This document shows positions 1 through 11,290 of a DNA stretch of 64,000 bases, in pieces. The notes beneath the pieces are model-generated. The model did no database searches. It was not told the origin of the DNA and saw only the letters and a list, made by a program, of their open reading frames with translations. The number at the start of each line of letters is the position of its first letter. The first letter of the stretch is position 1. This stretch comes from an uncultured Nitrososphaeraceae archaeon. Lineage in GTDB: Archaea > Thermoproteota > Nitrososphaeria > Nitrososphaerales > Nitrososphaeraceae. The stretch spans positions 320,001-384,000 of the forward strand of contig CAWIMJ010000050.1 of assembly GCA_963837175.1 (NCBI GenBank), given 5' to 3'. Position numbers and translations under genes: made by a program.

Positions 1-865
1 GATTGTATAGAGGAATCATTAATCTTCTCAATCCATGCCACAGAGTGTTGAGATCTCTAGCCCAGATTGCTTCAATGTAGCTTTCGCCACGCACCATTTT
101 TATCATAAATTTTTCTTTTTTTACTTTTCCGCCTAATGCCCCGTCTTCTACAAGCTCATATCTAACTGCTTTATGGGTACCTACCTTTTCATAGGTGCTT
201 CTAGTTATTATGAAAAAACTACCAAAGAAGTATCCTATTTTTGTCTTGGGATCATTTACTCGTAGAGCAGAAAATCGACTATGTAAAAAAGTTGAGAGCA
301 TCGGTAATGTGATTTTAGTCCAAAAGTCTTTAGATAGAAGCTTTGGTATAGCAGTTAGGGCATCTAGATTCTCAAAAATCAAATGCTTAATAGACAATGA
401 CATTGTAGAAGGGAGATGTACAGTATCCGCATCTGTAAAAAGAAGCAAATCACCTCGTGCTCTCAGATAGCCTTGAAAACATGCCCAATTTTTCCCTGCC
501 CATCCCTCCGGCTTAGATTTCGCATGAACAACTAGAATTCTAGGATCTTTTGCTGCGTATTGCTGCATTATGACTCCAGTCCCATCTGTTGACGAATCGT
601 TGACTGCAATAATCTCAAAATTTGGATAGTCTTGATTTATTAAACTATCTAAACATTTTGCGATATATTTTTCTTCATTTCGAGCAGGTAAAATTATGCT
701 AACTTTAGGGAAATTTCTAATATTGGCTGATTTATCATAAGAATCTAACATCGGAGATTGTTTCAAAGATTTTAATACATAGACAATAAGGTATATCCAT
801 GTAGCAAGAATTCCAAACGAAATAGCAGTTAATAACGAGTTGATTATAGAGAGAATTATTTCCAT
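1..865 (-). CDS. Family 2 glycosyltransferase with N-terminal TM helix; 3' end runs off the window
   Basis: Not in ORF track. Manual translation from ATG at 865: MEIILSIINSLLTAISFGILATWIYL...VSIILPARNEEKYIAKCLDSLINQDYPNFEIIAVNDSSTDGT...GWAGKNWAC...LLFTDADT (GT-A DxD motif). Confidence 0.9.
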   Translation of the reverse strand, partial: MEIILSIINSLLTAISFGILATWIYLIVYVLKSLKQSPMLDSYDKSANIRNFPKVSIILPARNEEKYIAKCLDSLINQDYPNFEIIAVNDSSTDGTGVIMQQYAAKDPRILVVHAKSKPEGWAGKNWACFQGYLRARGDLLLFTDADTVHLPSTMSLSIKHLIFENLDALTAIPKLLSKDFWTKITLPMLSTFLHSRFSALRVNDPKTKIGYFFGSFFIITRSTYEKVGTHKAVRYELVEDGALGGKVKKEKFMIKMVRGESYIEAIWARDLNTLWHGLRRLMIPLYN

Positions 866-1011
866 GAAAGATCTCTAGCATGGTTATCAACGATTATACA
901 TATACATTCGCCTTTGATTATTGAAGAGCAGGTAATCGTAATCTATGAATTTCTATCGCTCCTTCTCTAAAAGGAAAACTAATTTTAATAGGAATCTTAA
1001 TTTGTAGCCTT

Positions 1012-1368
1012 ATGAGTAGCTCTGAAGAAGCAGAAGATGATCATTATATCACATTTGAAGACTTTTCGAAAATGCATTTGAAAATTGGTAAAATTATTCA
1101 TGTAGAAAATATCCCAGGGATGAAAAAAGTCTTAAAAGCCATAGTGGATATTGGAATAGATCGAAGAACTATCATAGTCGGCGCGGCAATTTTTTATAAA
1201 CCGGAGGAATTAATCGGCAAAGTCGTAGTTATTTGTACAAATATGGAGCCGCGTAAAATTGGCAATATAATTTCTAACGGAATGTTATTGGCGGCAGATG
1301 GATCTGATGGAAAACCTATCTTTCTCACAATAAATGAAGAAGCTCCAATAGGTGCGAATATTCATTAG
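1012..1368 (+). CDS. tRNA-binding OB-fold protein (Trbp111/CsaA/MetRS C-terminal-like)
   Basis: ITFEDFSKMHLKIGKI...NMEPRKIGNIISNGMLLAA signature. Confidence 0.9.
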   Translation: MSSSEEAEDDHYITFEDFSKMHLKIGKIIHVENIPGMKKVLKAIVDIGIDRRTIIVGAAIFYKPEELIGKVVVICTNMEPRKIGNIISNGMLLAADGSDGKPIFLTINEEAPIGANIH

Positions 1369-1408
1369 AATGTTTAACTATTTTCCTGCAGGAATTGAGA
1401 AAGTCATT

Positions 1409-2305
1409 TTATGAGTGTACTTCCTCTGTATCCATTCCGTTTATTCTAGCCGTAAATGCAGTCACTGCTGTATAATCCAGCTCCGAATATCCCATGTTAT
1501 TTGTTACTCTATAGATCTGTTGAGCAAGAGAAGTAAGAGGTAAAGATACTCCTATGCATTGTGATGTACTTGTGGTAAGTTCTAGGTCTTTAAGCATATT
1601 TTTTAGATAAAAAGAGGGTTGAAAATCATTCTTTACCATTTTTGGGCCTTTGTTTTTGCTAATTCCTGTCTTAAAATAAGTAGCATTAATAATTTTAATA
1701 AAGATTTTAGGGTTTATACTAGCAGCCTTGACTAAAGTTATACCCTCAGACATTGCGCCAGCTATTAGCGCTATGTTCAAGTTCAGAGCCAATTTAACAA
1801 CATTAGCTGATCCATCATCCTCTCCAATGTAAAAAACTGAGTTTGCCAATTTGTCAATGATTGGTTTGACTTTCAGAAATGCGCCTTTAGGACCTGAAAC
1901 CATATGCACTAATTCGCCTTTTTCTGCTGCCATCGGGCCGCCCATTACCGGCATCGCAATAAAATCTATCTGCTTTTGCCTAAGTCGGTCAGCACAATAC
2001 TTTGATTGCTCAGGAGAGATGGTACTTGAATTTGCTATAATTAGCTGCTTCCGACCAGCCGCTATGATACCATTCTTGCCAAAGCATACCTCTTTTACTG
2101 CATCGAAGTCTGTAACACATATTAAAATAAAATCACAATTCAAAGCAACATCTCTGGGAGTTTTCAGTATCATACTTCTGGTTTTGGCAAATGGTCTAGT
2201 TTTTACCATATCACGGTTATAAACACATATCTGATGGCCTGTATTGAGTAATCTAATCGCCATCCGTGATCCCATCAATCCAAGCCCAATCACACCGATT
2301 CTCAT
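1409..2305 (-). CDS. NAD(P)-dependent beta-hydroxyacid dehydrogenase (3-hydroxyisobutyrate/6-phosphogluconate DH family)
   Basis: MRIGVIGLGLMG Rossmann motif, PVMGG, KLALN; ATG at 2305 preferred over the ORF-track start 2320. Confidence 0.9.
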   Translation of the reverse strand: MRIGVIGLGLMGSRMAIRLLNTGHQICVYNRDMVKTRPFAKTRSMILKTPRDVALNCDFILICVTDFDAVKEVCFGKNGIIAAGRKQLIIANSSTISPEQSKYCADRLRQKQIDFIAMPVMGGPMAAEKGELVHMVSGPKGAFLKVKPIIDKLANSVFYIGEDDGSANVVKLALNLNIALIAGAMSEGITLVKAASINPKIFIKIINATYFKTGISKNKGPKMVKNDFQPSFYLKNMLKDLELTTSTSQCIGVSLPLTSLAQQIYRVTNNMGYSELDYTAVTAFTARINGMDTEEVHS

Positions 2306-2876
2306 AGTAAAAGAGATCAATTTATAGACGAATAAAAATTCTCACCATAAAGCAATAATACTCTACATTTGATATAGCGTGTTTTTTAAATGTTCAAGGC
2401 AGATTAAGATGTAATCATTCTCTCTGATCTGAATCTCCCGTTTAGTATTTTTCTTTTCAACATTCCTAGATATTATTAGATCAAGTTTTAGGGAGAATGT
2501 AATAATAATAATAATAATACGATCCTTGAGATGGATATATTCCCTTAGCAAGAAATGTGCGAATTTTCAGAACAATTCTGCAATTTTTATCTAATACTTA
2601 TGGCAAGGTATAGGCCGGTTTCTACCGATAGTGATAAACCCTGCTATGATCCTTAAGAAGCATTGTGAAGAACCACTAAGTGTATCAAGGTTAATTGAGA
2701 ATTTTGATGATTTATTCCTCATCTGTTGATAAATTGTACAATTAAATCATCTCTAAATTGATTCAATCTATTATTGACAATTACTATTAAGAGGATCTTT
2801 TTTAGGTTAACAGCCATCTGATTGATTTAGTCGTATGCTCGAGAAATTGATGACAAGAGAAAAGATTAGCATTTTA

Positions 2877-3887
2877 TTATCTCTTTACTGTTGTGCTATT
2901 AACGTTTGCTCCTTGTTCTCCCATTGGAATTTGTATAAACGGAGTAGTACCTGCACTACCACTACCACCACCAGTTACCAGAGGCAATTTACCATCCCAT
3001 CTCTGAGTCTTTAACCATTCTAAATAAGTTGGACTAGTTCGTAGTTGTTGGTCAATTATCTTAATTGCCTGAGATTCTCCTTCAGCTTGTAAAACATTTG
3101 CCTGTCTTATACCATCGGCTCTAGCTACGTTAGCTTTTTGTTCTCCTACCGCTTTTGCTTCATTCTGTTGTGCCTCTATTTCTATCCTTCTCAAGTCATT
3201 TTGTGCTTGTAACGCTCTCTGCTGAGCTTCAACTTTTGCTTCAACTGCTTTTCTAAATTGATCTGAAAATTGGAACTCTGTTATAGATATGGTATCAACT
3301 ACGATATTATAGGGAGCTAGTCTTGATTTGATCTGTTCTTCTATTTGGTTCTTTACAGTTTCTCTCTTTGTAATGAGTTCTTCTGCATTGAATCTAGCAG
3401 TTACTTGTTTAACAGACTCTTGAATTGCTGGAGCAATTACTCTATTACCATATTCAAAACCTAATTGTTGGTAAACAACTTGTGCCCTATCCGGATTTAT
3501 ACGATAATTTAGTGCAACTTGTGTAGTGACATCCTGCAAATCTTTTGATGCTGAAGCAGCATTTTCAACTGTCTTTTGGGTTCTCACTTCCATTTGAATT
3601 ACGCTATCACGAAAAGGTGTTACAAAGTGTATTCCTTCATTTAATGATACACTTGTGTCTACAGCACCAAATTTTAATAAAACACCTCTATATCCTGCAT
3701 CAACTATCTTTACACTGGCACTAACTATAAATAATAATATTATAATGCCTATTATAGCAGGGATTACTATTCGAACAAATGGATTTGACAATCGTCCTCC
3801 CTGTTCAACATTTTCAAGCGGCTCTCCTTCAGGAGTAGTTCTTCTTCGTTCATAAGGCGATCCAGAGCGCCGAAATGGATTTCTCAC
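2877..3887 (-). CDS. Prohibitin/SPFH (band 7) membrane protein
   Basis: N-terminal TM helix, AGYRGVLLKFG, ASKDLQDV, coiled coil AVEAKVEAQQRA, WDGKLP. Confidence 0.92.
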   Translation of the reverse strand: MRNPFRRSGSPYERRRTTPEGEPLENVEQGGRLSNPFVRIVIPAIIGIIILLFIVSASVKIVDAGYRGVLLKFGAVDTSVSLNEGIHFVTPFRDSVIQMEVRTQKTVENAASASKDLQDVTTQVALNYRINPDRAQVVYQQLGFEYGNRVIAPAIQESVKQVTARFNAEELITKRETVKNQIEEQIKSRLAPYNIVVDTISITEFQFSDQFRKAVEAKVEAQQRALQAQNDLRRIEIEAQQNEAKAVGEQKANVARADGIRQANVLQAEGESQAIKIIDQQLRTSPTYLEWLKTQRWDGKLPLVTGGGSGSAGTTPFIQIPMGEQGANVNSTTVKR

Positions 3888-4410
3888 AAATCAATTACTG
3901 TATGAAACCGCATTTAAATTTTTTATTCTGAATCATGATTCTAATCTTGGTGGCAACGAATCTAAGATAATGAGGTTTTAAAATGTATGATATTTTTCGC
4001 TTTTTATAGAAAGGAGGGAGGGATAAACTGAAATAAGAGGGCATCAGGAAAAATAAAAATACAAAATTAAAACATTTCATTCATTGCTGATCACAATATA
4101 CATTTAAAGAAAATAATTTATAAACTAAATCTGAAATTACTCTCCATTATGATTAGTTATCATTCATTACAATTTAAAGATAGCAGCAGTCTTGAACACG
4201 AAATCCTTGAAATTTTACTCACGGTTAGTAGCAGTGGAATAATCTAAAACATCCTATTTGTCTTAATAGCAACAATTGATGACAATCATCAAGCATATTT
4301 TAGAAGCAAAATATATCTATCATTTTCATAATAATTTCTATTTTTCAAAACTTAGTCGTTTAATATTTCCCGTTTATTTGTATGAAGAATTGTTGATACA
4401 ATTGAACGAT

Positions 4411-4782
4411 TTATCTCTTTCCATTCACCAATTCGAGTGTATCTATTGCAATATCCATGACAGTATGCGGATCAACATTTGGTTCTATAGATACAACAAG
4501 TATATTTTTATCCATATAGAATGTTAACATTGAAATCTTTTCGCGTTCTACGTATGCAAATCGTGCTTTTCCCATTGTGTTATCAAATCTCTGTCTCATC
4601 GACTTTCGGATAGCTGTCTGCGCCAGATATAATTCATCATTATCCTGTTCTGTCATGGAATCAAGACCTTTACGCATGCCTCCAGCAAGTAATATACCAG
4701 TATCATCTATAATCCCAGCATAACGTATGTCATCATGTAATGCGAAGACTTCTTCGCATAGCTTTGTAAAATCCATAATCAT
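4411..4782 (-). CDS. Small roadblock/profilin-like protein of an expanded thaumarchaeal family
   Basis: LCEEVFALHDDIRYAGIID..G.LLAGGMRKG...FDNTMGKARFAYVEREKI pattern. Confidence 0.7.
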   Translation of the reverse strand: MIMDFTKLCEEVFALHDDIRYAGIIDDTGILLAGGMRKGLDSMTEQDNDELYLAQTAIRKSMRQRFDNTMGKARFAYVEREKISMLTFYMDKNILVVSIEPNVDPHTVMDIAIDTLELVNGKR

Positions 4783-4994
4783 GTAATGAGAAATTTAACA
4801 TATAAAGAGATAGCTTTTTGTCTAATTGCATCTAATTATGTAGAGCTTAAAACATCGTGGCTCGTACATACAATTGGAAATATTTACAATTATAATTTTT
4901 GCAGTTATTGTAACCCATCTTTCGCGATTGCTTTAGTGAAGTGGTAGAAGCATTAGAGTTCTCTTTGTCTTTTGAACAAAGGTTGATAAAGTCA

Positions 4995-5300
4995 CTACCT
5001 TCTCATATTATAGAGTTTATTGATGATACTTGCTAATTTGAAGTCATAATTGCTAATTCCGTTCACGTCGTGTGTTACCAATTCAATTTTTATACGATTG
5101 TAAACGTTGAACCATTCTGGATGATGATTAATTTTTTCAGCCTCAATTGCTATTTCTGTCATGAAACCAAATGCCTGAACAAAGTTATCAAATTCAAGCG
5201 TCCTATTTAATTTGCCATTTTCGATTATCCAATCGGGATTTTTGCCAATCTCTTTTTTGATTTCCTCGTCAGACAACTTTTTGTATTCTTCTTCAGACAT
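4995..5300 (-). CDS. Pterin-4a-carbinolamine dehydratase
   Basis: AEKINHHPEWFNVYN...THD motif. Confidence 0.93.
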   Translation of the reverse strand: MSEEEYKKLSDEEIKKEIGKNPDWIIENGKLNRTLEFDNFVQAFGFMTEIAIEAEKINHHPEWFNVYNRIKIELVTHDVNGISNYDFKLASIINKLYNMRR

Positions 5301-5820
5301 ATTCTATCCATATAATCTCACGTATAAAAGAAGCATGGTTGTCTTCAAAATTAACCATAAGATGAAGGTATAAAGGATCTTACATTATCTAATCGATATT
5401 CAAACAAATATAGAATGTGACGAATTCTTGTATTAGAATATTAATACTATTAGCATAATTTAGTGTGCATAATAAAAATTTCTAAATTTCAGTATTTGCG
5501 ATTCAACTGACTTTTATATTATCCAAATTTATGAATGCTTCATAATTTACCTAATATTATCCATATCGCCTATTATTTCATCAATAAATTATAAAAAAAC
5601 TCTTGAGGAGGCAAAACCAATCGTGGTTAACAAATAGAGGATTGTACCGCATACCCGTAAGTATGTTACAAAGTCATTGGATTTCATCATTATCACTTGC
5701 AAAATAGGGAATGAGTGTGTAATCCTAGTAAGATACGATTCAAACACTGCCGTTTTGATAAAGTGCAAAGGAAATTATAAAAGAATAAAGGAGAAGATTT
5801 GATTAACAAAGGTAAATAAT

Positions 5821-6633
5821 TTGCGACTATTGCATTCCAAAAAAGTGAGAACAAAAATTGACATTAACGATACGGCTAACATAATACTTTTTTTGGCAGC
5901 TTTTCTGGGAATCTGGCAACTTATTTTTATGTTGGGAATATGGCCCAAGGTATCACTGCCGTCACCTGCAATGGTTGCAGAATCTCTTGTAGGTTTAGTT
6001 GCTGATTCTTCCTTAATTGTTGGCATTGTGATAACTATGTGGAGATTAATCGTTGGCTTCTCTATTTCCATCATTATCGGAGTAGGAATTGGATTGGCCA
6101 TGGTCAAATTCACAGATTTCGGAAAGACGATGAGCTCGTTTGCTGTAGGCTTACAATCTTTCCCGAGCATAGCATGGGTTCCTTTTGCAGTATTATTAAT
6201 TGGATTGAACGATTCTGGTATATTGTTCGTTGTAATTATGAGCTCAGTTTTTTCAGTAATGATTTCTACTTATAGCGGAATTCGCAATATTTCACCAATC
6301 TATTTAAATGCAGCTAGAAATATGGGAGCGCACGGAATATCTCTTTTCCGTCATGTAATGATACCTGCTGCTACGCCATCCTTGATTATTGGGATTAGAC
6401 AAGCTTGGTCATTTGCATGGCATGCGTTGATAGGTGCGGAGATGTTGATAACAACATTAGTGGGTTTAGGACACATTTTGTTTGTTGGAAGAGAATTTCA
6501 ACTCATGGGACAAATTATAGCAACAATGATTACAATTTTCGCAATTGGCTTGTTATTTGATAGACTTCTTTTCTCTAAATTAGAAGAAAAGGTGAGGGAT
6601 AGATGGGGATTAAATCAGCAGAATGAACGCTAG
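5821..6633 (+). CDS. ABC transporter permease, nitrate/sulfonate/taurine (SsuC/TauC-like)
   Basis: LPSP, QSFPSIAWVP, EAA-like loop YLNAARNMGA, LIGAEML; multiple TM helices. Confidence 0.9.
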   Translation: MRLLHSKKVRTKIDINDTANIILFLAAFLGIWQLIFMLGIWPKVSLPSPAMVAESLVGLVADSSLIVGIVITMWRLIVGFSISIIIGVGIGLAMVKFTDFGKTMSSFAVGLQSFPSIAWVPFAVLLIGLNDSGILFVVIMSSVFSVMISTYSGIRNISPIYLNAARNMGAHGISLFRHVMIPAATPSLIIGIRQAWSFAWHALIGAEMLITTLVGLGHILFVGREFQLMGQIIATMITIFAIGLLFDRLLFSKLEEKVRDRWGLNQQNER

Positions 6634-7162
6634 ACAGATAGAGGACTAGTTCTGAAAGGTTATTCAAATATTTTCATCAGATACGTTTAACAGGGTTGGC
6701 GATTTTTGTTAATGCTTGTATAATCGGATATTTGTATTCAATCCAATTTGTAGGCAATATTATCTAAAATGACCGTATGCATATCTTCTATTGACGTACT
6801 GATAACATTTATTTCACATTTTACTACTCTTTAGCTCTCTAGATATCTCTTTTACTTATAAATTGGCCATATCATGTACATCAAGTAAATAATTCATACT
6901 AAAACGCTTAATTGCTGTTACGTTGCCACTATAATAAGATATTGTTAAAATGACGATCTGAGATTATAAAATTGTTAATATTATTGAAGTAATTTTGCCG
7001 TTAGATTTGTTTATAAAGCAAAGTATCGCCTTACGCTCTCTACGAATATATTTGCTATTAAATATTTATGGTAGTCGCATAAATAAGTTGGTGATTACGT
7101 TCAGTCAGATCATCAATTTTAGTTAACCTTCACGGTTTATCCAACAAATTTATGTAAGTCAA

Positions 7163-8314
7163 TCAGTTTTCATATTCGTCCTTTGTTGATTTTTTATTGA
7201 CCTTCTTTGTTTGTTCTTCTAGATCATCTGTTCCCCTTTCGTTTACAGTAAATCTAGTTTCTGAGTATGGATGATATGGCGAATCTATCATCTTTGCAAC
7301 TCTGTTTTCTCCAGATTTTCTAAGGTAAATCCTATAAGTTGAGGCATGTCCTAACACATTTCCTCCAGCTGCTTTTGTTGGATCTCCAAAGAAGGTATCC
7401 GGAGAAGATTGCACTTGATTTGTTATAACTATGGCAATGTTGTAAATTTCTGTGAGTCTTACGAGTTTGTGCAGCATATTATTAAGCCTTTGCTGTCTAT
7501 CAGCCAGTGTACCTCTGCCAGCATATTCAGCTCTATGAAGAGAAATTATACTATCAATTATAACCATTTTCGCTTTAAAATCATTAATATATTTACCAAG
7601 ATCCTTTATTATTAGTTCCAAATGTGAGCTGTTATAGATTTTACATACCGCCACACTTTTCAATATTTGAGAAGGATCGAGACCTCGTGCTCTTGCAATT
7701 TGTTCTACTCTTTCAGGTCTGAATGTACCCTCAGTATCTATATATATTACGCCACCATCAAGTCCTCCTGCTGCAATTGGTTGTCTGGCTGTTGCACATA
7801 GTGTATGACATATCTGTGATTTACCTGAACCAAACTCACCATAGAATTCAGTAACAGCTTGTGTCTCTACACCTCCAAGTAAAAGTTCATCAAGAGCTGT
7901 AAATCCACTGGAACATCGTAGCATAGACTTTCTTTTTTCAAGAGCAGCATCGGCTGTAACAAACTCCTTTTCTAGAACATTAGACTCCCTCAAAAGCTTC
8001 TGAGCTGCCATTATAAATGATGCAGCGCTATCCTTAGAAGAATTAAGGTCTACAGCCAGTTCATCTGAACTTGTTACCGCAAGATCCATTACTGAGACAA
8101 TACCAGCCTCTTTGAGTTTCTTGGCCGTCGTAGGACCAATGCCTTCGATATCTTGGATTTCTAGATCAATAATAGGCGATGAACTTTCAGATATAATATT
8201 TGTATTATTCTTCTGGGCGATGTCATTATCAGATTCGTTCTCCATAGATACTTTTCGATCTACCATTTTCATGATTGTATAATATTTGCTTATATTAATA
8301 TTGAAAAGTACCAT
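7163..8314 (-). CDS. radA: DNA repair and recombination protein RadA (true start probably somewhat downstream of 8314)
   Basis: N-terminal HhH IEGIGPTTAKKLKEAG, Walker A GEFGSGKSQ, IDTEGTFRPER, GGNVLGHAST; no intein. Confidence 0.97.
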   Translation of the reverse strand: MVLFNINISKYYTIMKMVDRKVSMENESDNDIAQKNNTNIISESSSPIIDLEIQDIEGIGPTTAKKLKEAGIVSVMDLAVTSSDELAVDLNSSKDSAASFIMAAQKLLRESNVLEKEFVTADAALEKRKSMLRCSSGFTALDELLLGGVETQAVTEFYGEFGSGKSQICHTLCATARQPIAAGGLDGGVIYIDTEGTFRPERVEQIARARGLDPSQILKSVAVCKIYNSSHLELIIKDLGKYINDFKAKMVIIDSIISLHRAEYAGRGTLADRQQRLNNMLHKLVRLTEIYNIAIVITNQVQSSPDTFFGDPTKAAGGNVLGHASTYRIYLRKSGENRVAKMIDSPYHPYSETRFTVNERGTDDLEEQTKKVNKKSTKDEYEN

Positions 8315-8683
8315 GGAGGGAGGGAGGGAAAAAAAAGAAAGGATACGATTGATTCTCTATATATTATCATATACCTTTCAATCCATATTCTCTCGTTAAA
8401 GAATTATAACATAAGCAAATTCCCCTACAATACAATGCCTACCAGGTTGTTTCTAATTCTGCTTCTGTGTACTAAAGACCAAGGATATCTATAAGTTCTA
8501 TCAAAAGTAAATTTAATGGATTTACTTGATCTTATTGAAAAGGTTCTATCATATAGAAGGTTTGAACAATAAAAATGGTAGATACATCATCGATAACAAT
8601 CGCACAGTTCAGCTTCTGCACAATCGTTAGATAATATCTTGTATATTCTACTTGGATGAGAAAACCAGACAAAAAAGCCGCAC

Positions 8684-9013
8684 CTAAAAAAATAATGAGC
8701 CTATCTGAATAAAAAAACCCAAAGCGATTAATTGTATACCTATACGCTTAGTTCCTAGTATTTTATCACTGATATAACCGACGGGAAAAGGAGTGATCAT
8801 TTGCTCGTCCAAATCGTTTACTGCTCGCGTCTCTAAATCCTCCAGTTTTATTATAGGACTTTCGATATCATCTAGTTGCTTTGTTGGCCTTAATATATTT
8901 GGCTGGTGATTCTTAGATTTTAGTTCCTTTATAATTATCCAAACAAATCCGATAACCTCAAGACCTAATCCCAGAAGGTTCAAAAACAAAGATATCAGTA
9001 AATTGTCTAACAT
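8684..9013 (-). CDS. Hypothetical two-TM membrane protein
   Basis: ATG start; hydrophobic N- and C-terminal helices. Confidence 0.55.
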   Translation of the reverse strand: MLDNLLISLFLNLLGLGLEVIGFVWIIIKELKSKNHQPNILRPTKQLDDIESPIIKLEDLETRAVNDLDEQMITPFPVGYISDKILGTKRIGIQLIALGFFIQIGSLFF

Positions 9014-9268
9014 TATAGTTGGTTAATGATTTTATCAAAGACCAAATTAATATTGTTTTACTGATCTTTGGTTGAGTATTTGGTTAAAATATGCACGATT
9101 GGAATATAGCTACATGTCTGACTACTACTACAAACCTTGATAATTCTTTGCTGAGTTTTTATAAGCGAGGATGCCAAGAAGTAAAGTATAAGAGTATAAT
9201 CTATAGCTGATATCTTTTGTTGATGTCCTCTATTTTCCCTAGACGGTGTATAACACTCAGAATAATGG

Positions 9269-9300
9269 GGATTCTAAAGTTAAAGGATTCTAAAGTTAAA
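9269..9300. repeat. Perfect 16-bp tandem duplication (GGATTCTAAAGTTAAA x2)
   Basis: Direct reading of 9269-9284 and 9285-9300. Confidence 0.85.
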
Positions 9301-9434
9301 GAATTTTAATTCAGTTAAGACAGCACCAGGAATGGTATAAAGATTTGAGTGAGTCGAATTTATATTGTATGCTAGTAAAATTTTTTCACTTTCGATAATA
9401 TTTTATAAGATTGTATTGCTAATTTAAAGGTAGA

Positions 9435-10508
9435 TTGCAACGAAACGAACTGCTAGGTAAAGAAGCTGAACTCTACTATAAACTTCCAAATGGTAGGATA
9501 AAGTGTACTGCATGTGCTAGATTTTGTGAAATACCTGATGGTAAAATTGGGCTATGCGGCATACGGGGAGTAGTTGAGAACAAATTGCGTTTATTTGTAT
9601 ATGGCAGGGTTATCGCAGGTCATATCGATCCAATAGAGAAAAAACCTGTGACGCATTATAAGCCTGGTACTGCTATATTCTCAATAGCTACAACAGGCTG
9701 TAACTGGCTTTGTAAATATTGTCAAAATCACGATATTTCACAGCGTCGCAAGATAGAAGGTATCCAAATGACTCCTGAGCAGGTTGTAGATACCGCTGTG
9801 AGTTACGGTGCACAAGGAATTGCTTATACGTATAATGAGCCCTCTATCTTTATTGAATTTGCAAAAGATTGTGGTGTAGAAGCTCATAGAAAAGGTATTT
9901 TTAATATTTTTGTTTCAAATGGCTATGATACTCCTGAATCAGTTAGTTTAATGAGCAAATTCCTGGATTGTATAACAGTAGATTTTAAGGGAAGTGGAAA
10001 ACAGGAATTTGTAAGACAATATATTGGAATTCCAAATTCTGAACCAATTTTTCAAACACTAAAAGAAATAAGGGATAAGTCAAGTATTCATACTGAGATC
10101 ACAGATCTCATTGTTCCAAAGGTAGGAGATGATTTAGAATCTGCAAGAAAGCTGTGTAAATTTGTCTACAATGAATTGGGACCAGATACTCCGATTCATT
10201 TTTTGCGATTCCATCCAGATTATAAAATGATGGAATTTGATGATACTCCAATTGCGACACTCGAAAAGCATCATGCTATTGCAAAAGAGGAGGGATTACG
10301 ATATGCCTATATTGGAAATGTTCCAGGCCATCCATTAGAACATACATACTGTCCGGAATGCAAGAATGTTGCTATAGAACGTTACGGATTTAGTATAGGC
10401 TCGTGGAACCTAGATGACAGTAATTGCTGCAAAAACTGCAGTTATCCTATTCCAATTATAGGAAAGCTAACCAAAATTAGAAAGAACCGGTTTGCGTTTC
10501 TTCAGTAG
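9435..10508 (+). CDS. amrS: AmmeMemoRadiSam system radical SAM enzyme
   Basis: CTACARFC N-terminal cluster, DPIEKKP, CNWLCKYC radical SAM motif, FHPDYKM, TYCPEC. Confidence 0.92.
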   Translation: MQRNELLGKEAELYYKLPNGRIKCTACARFCEIPDGKIGLCGIRGVVENKLRLFVYGRVIAGHIDPIEKKPVTHYKPGTAIFSIATTGCNWLCKYCQNHDISQRRKIEGIQMTPEQVVDTAVSYGAQGIAYTYNEPSIFIEFAKDCGVEAHRKGIFNIFVSNGYDTPESVSLMSKFLDCITVDFKGSGKQEFVRQYIGIPNSEPIFQTLKEIRDKSSIHTEITDLIVPKVGDDLESARKLCKFVYNELGPDTPIHFLRFHPDYKMMEFDDTPIATLEKHHAIAKEEGLRYAYIGNVPGHPLEHTYCPECKNVAIERYGFSIGSWNLDDSNCCKNCSYPIPIIGKLTKIRKNRFAFLQ

Positions 10509-11290
10509 AAGTCGATAAAGAGATGGATATTTGAATTTTCTTATCCTTTTCTTGCAATATAAACTATTACGAAATTTTTTGTTTCCTTCTCATATTAAAT
10601 ACACATGTGATGCAGTCATCCGAGGATATGATACAATACTACTAAGAAAAGAGCATTGTTATTTAATTAATTTTCTGGTATTTTGTTTGTTTATTATGAG
10701 ATCAATAGAGTTGTAATGATTTGCTCAGAGATAATACTCAGATAAGTATCCAACAGCTAATTTAGAGGAATATATTAATATTCAGCTATTTTACAGGTTA
10801 TTTTATAGAATCTTCAGATGAGTATTGCTTGAAATAATGTTACAGAAATGCAATAAAAATCAATAATCGGTAGGATCAAATGTTACACTTCAGGAACGTC
10901 TAATTATTTATAGAAGATTAAGTAAACACTTTGTATAAAGAAATTGCAGTACTTCACTAGATTCCAAGATATATAGGAAGAAGAAAATGTAAATATGTAT
11001 AAATGTCTGGTAGTATGAACTGCCTATCCAAAAAGGTCTATCACTTGATGATCTTCAGCATAGTTTCAAACCAATTTCCTTTTAGTAGCAATATGACAAC
11101 ACGTTGAAATTGCGCGTAAGTTACCCCCTTTAAAACCATTTCTTTTTCACTCTCCAAGACCATAACTGTTAACCTATATTCCTTGTTTTTTTCCTAGATG
11201 ACTACAAGAACCATTAATTATCTTTATACCTTAGTAACATATCTTCGTCCACAAGATCAATATTCAAATCGTTTGCGGAATTATATTACT

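Noticed and set aside
195-470. Plus-strand 91-aa ORF, and similar shadow ORFs such as 1851-2222, 5775-6170, 28186-28860 and 56757-57062
   Set aside because: Antisense to well-supported genes; no motifs.
9269-9320. Possible CRISPR or regulatory repeat array
   Set aside because: Only two adjacent 16-bp copies without spacers; no CRISPR array or cas gene seen in the window.
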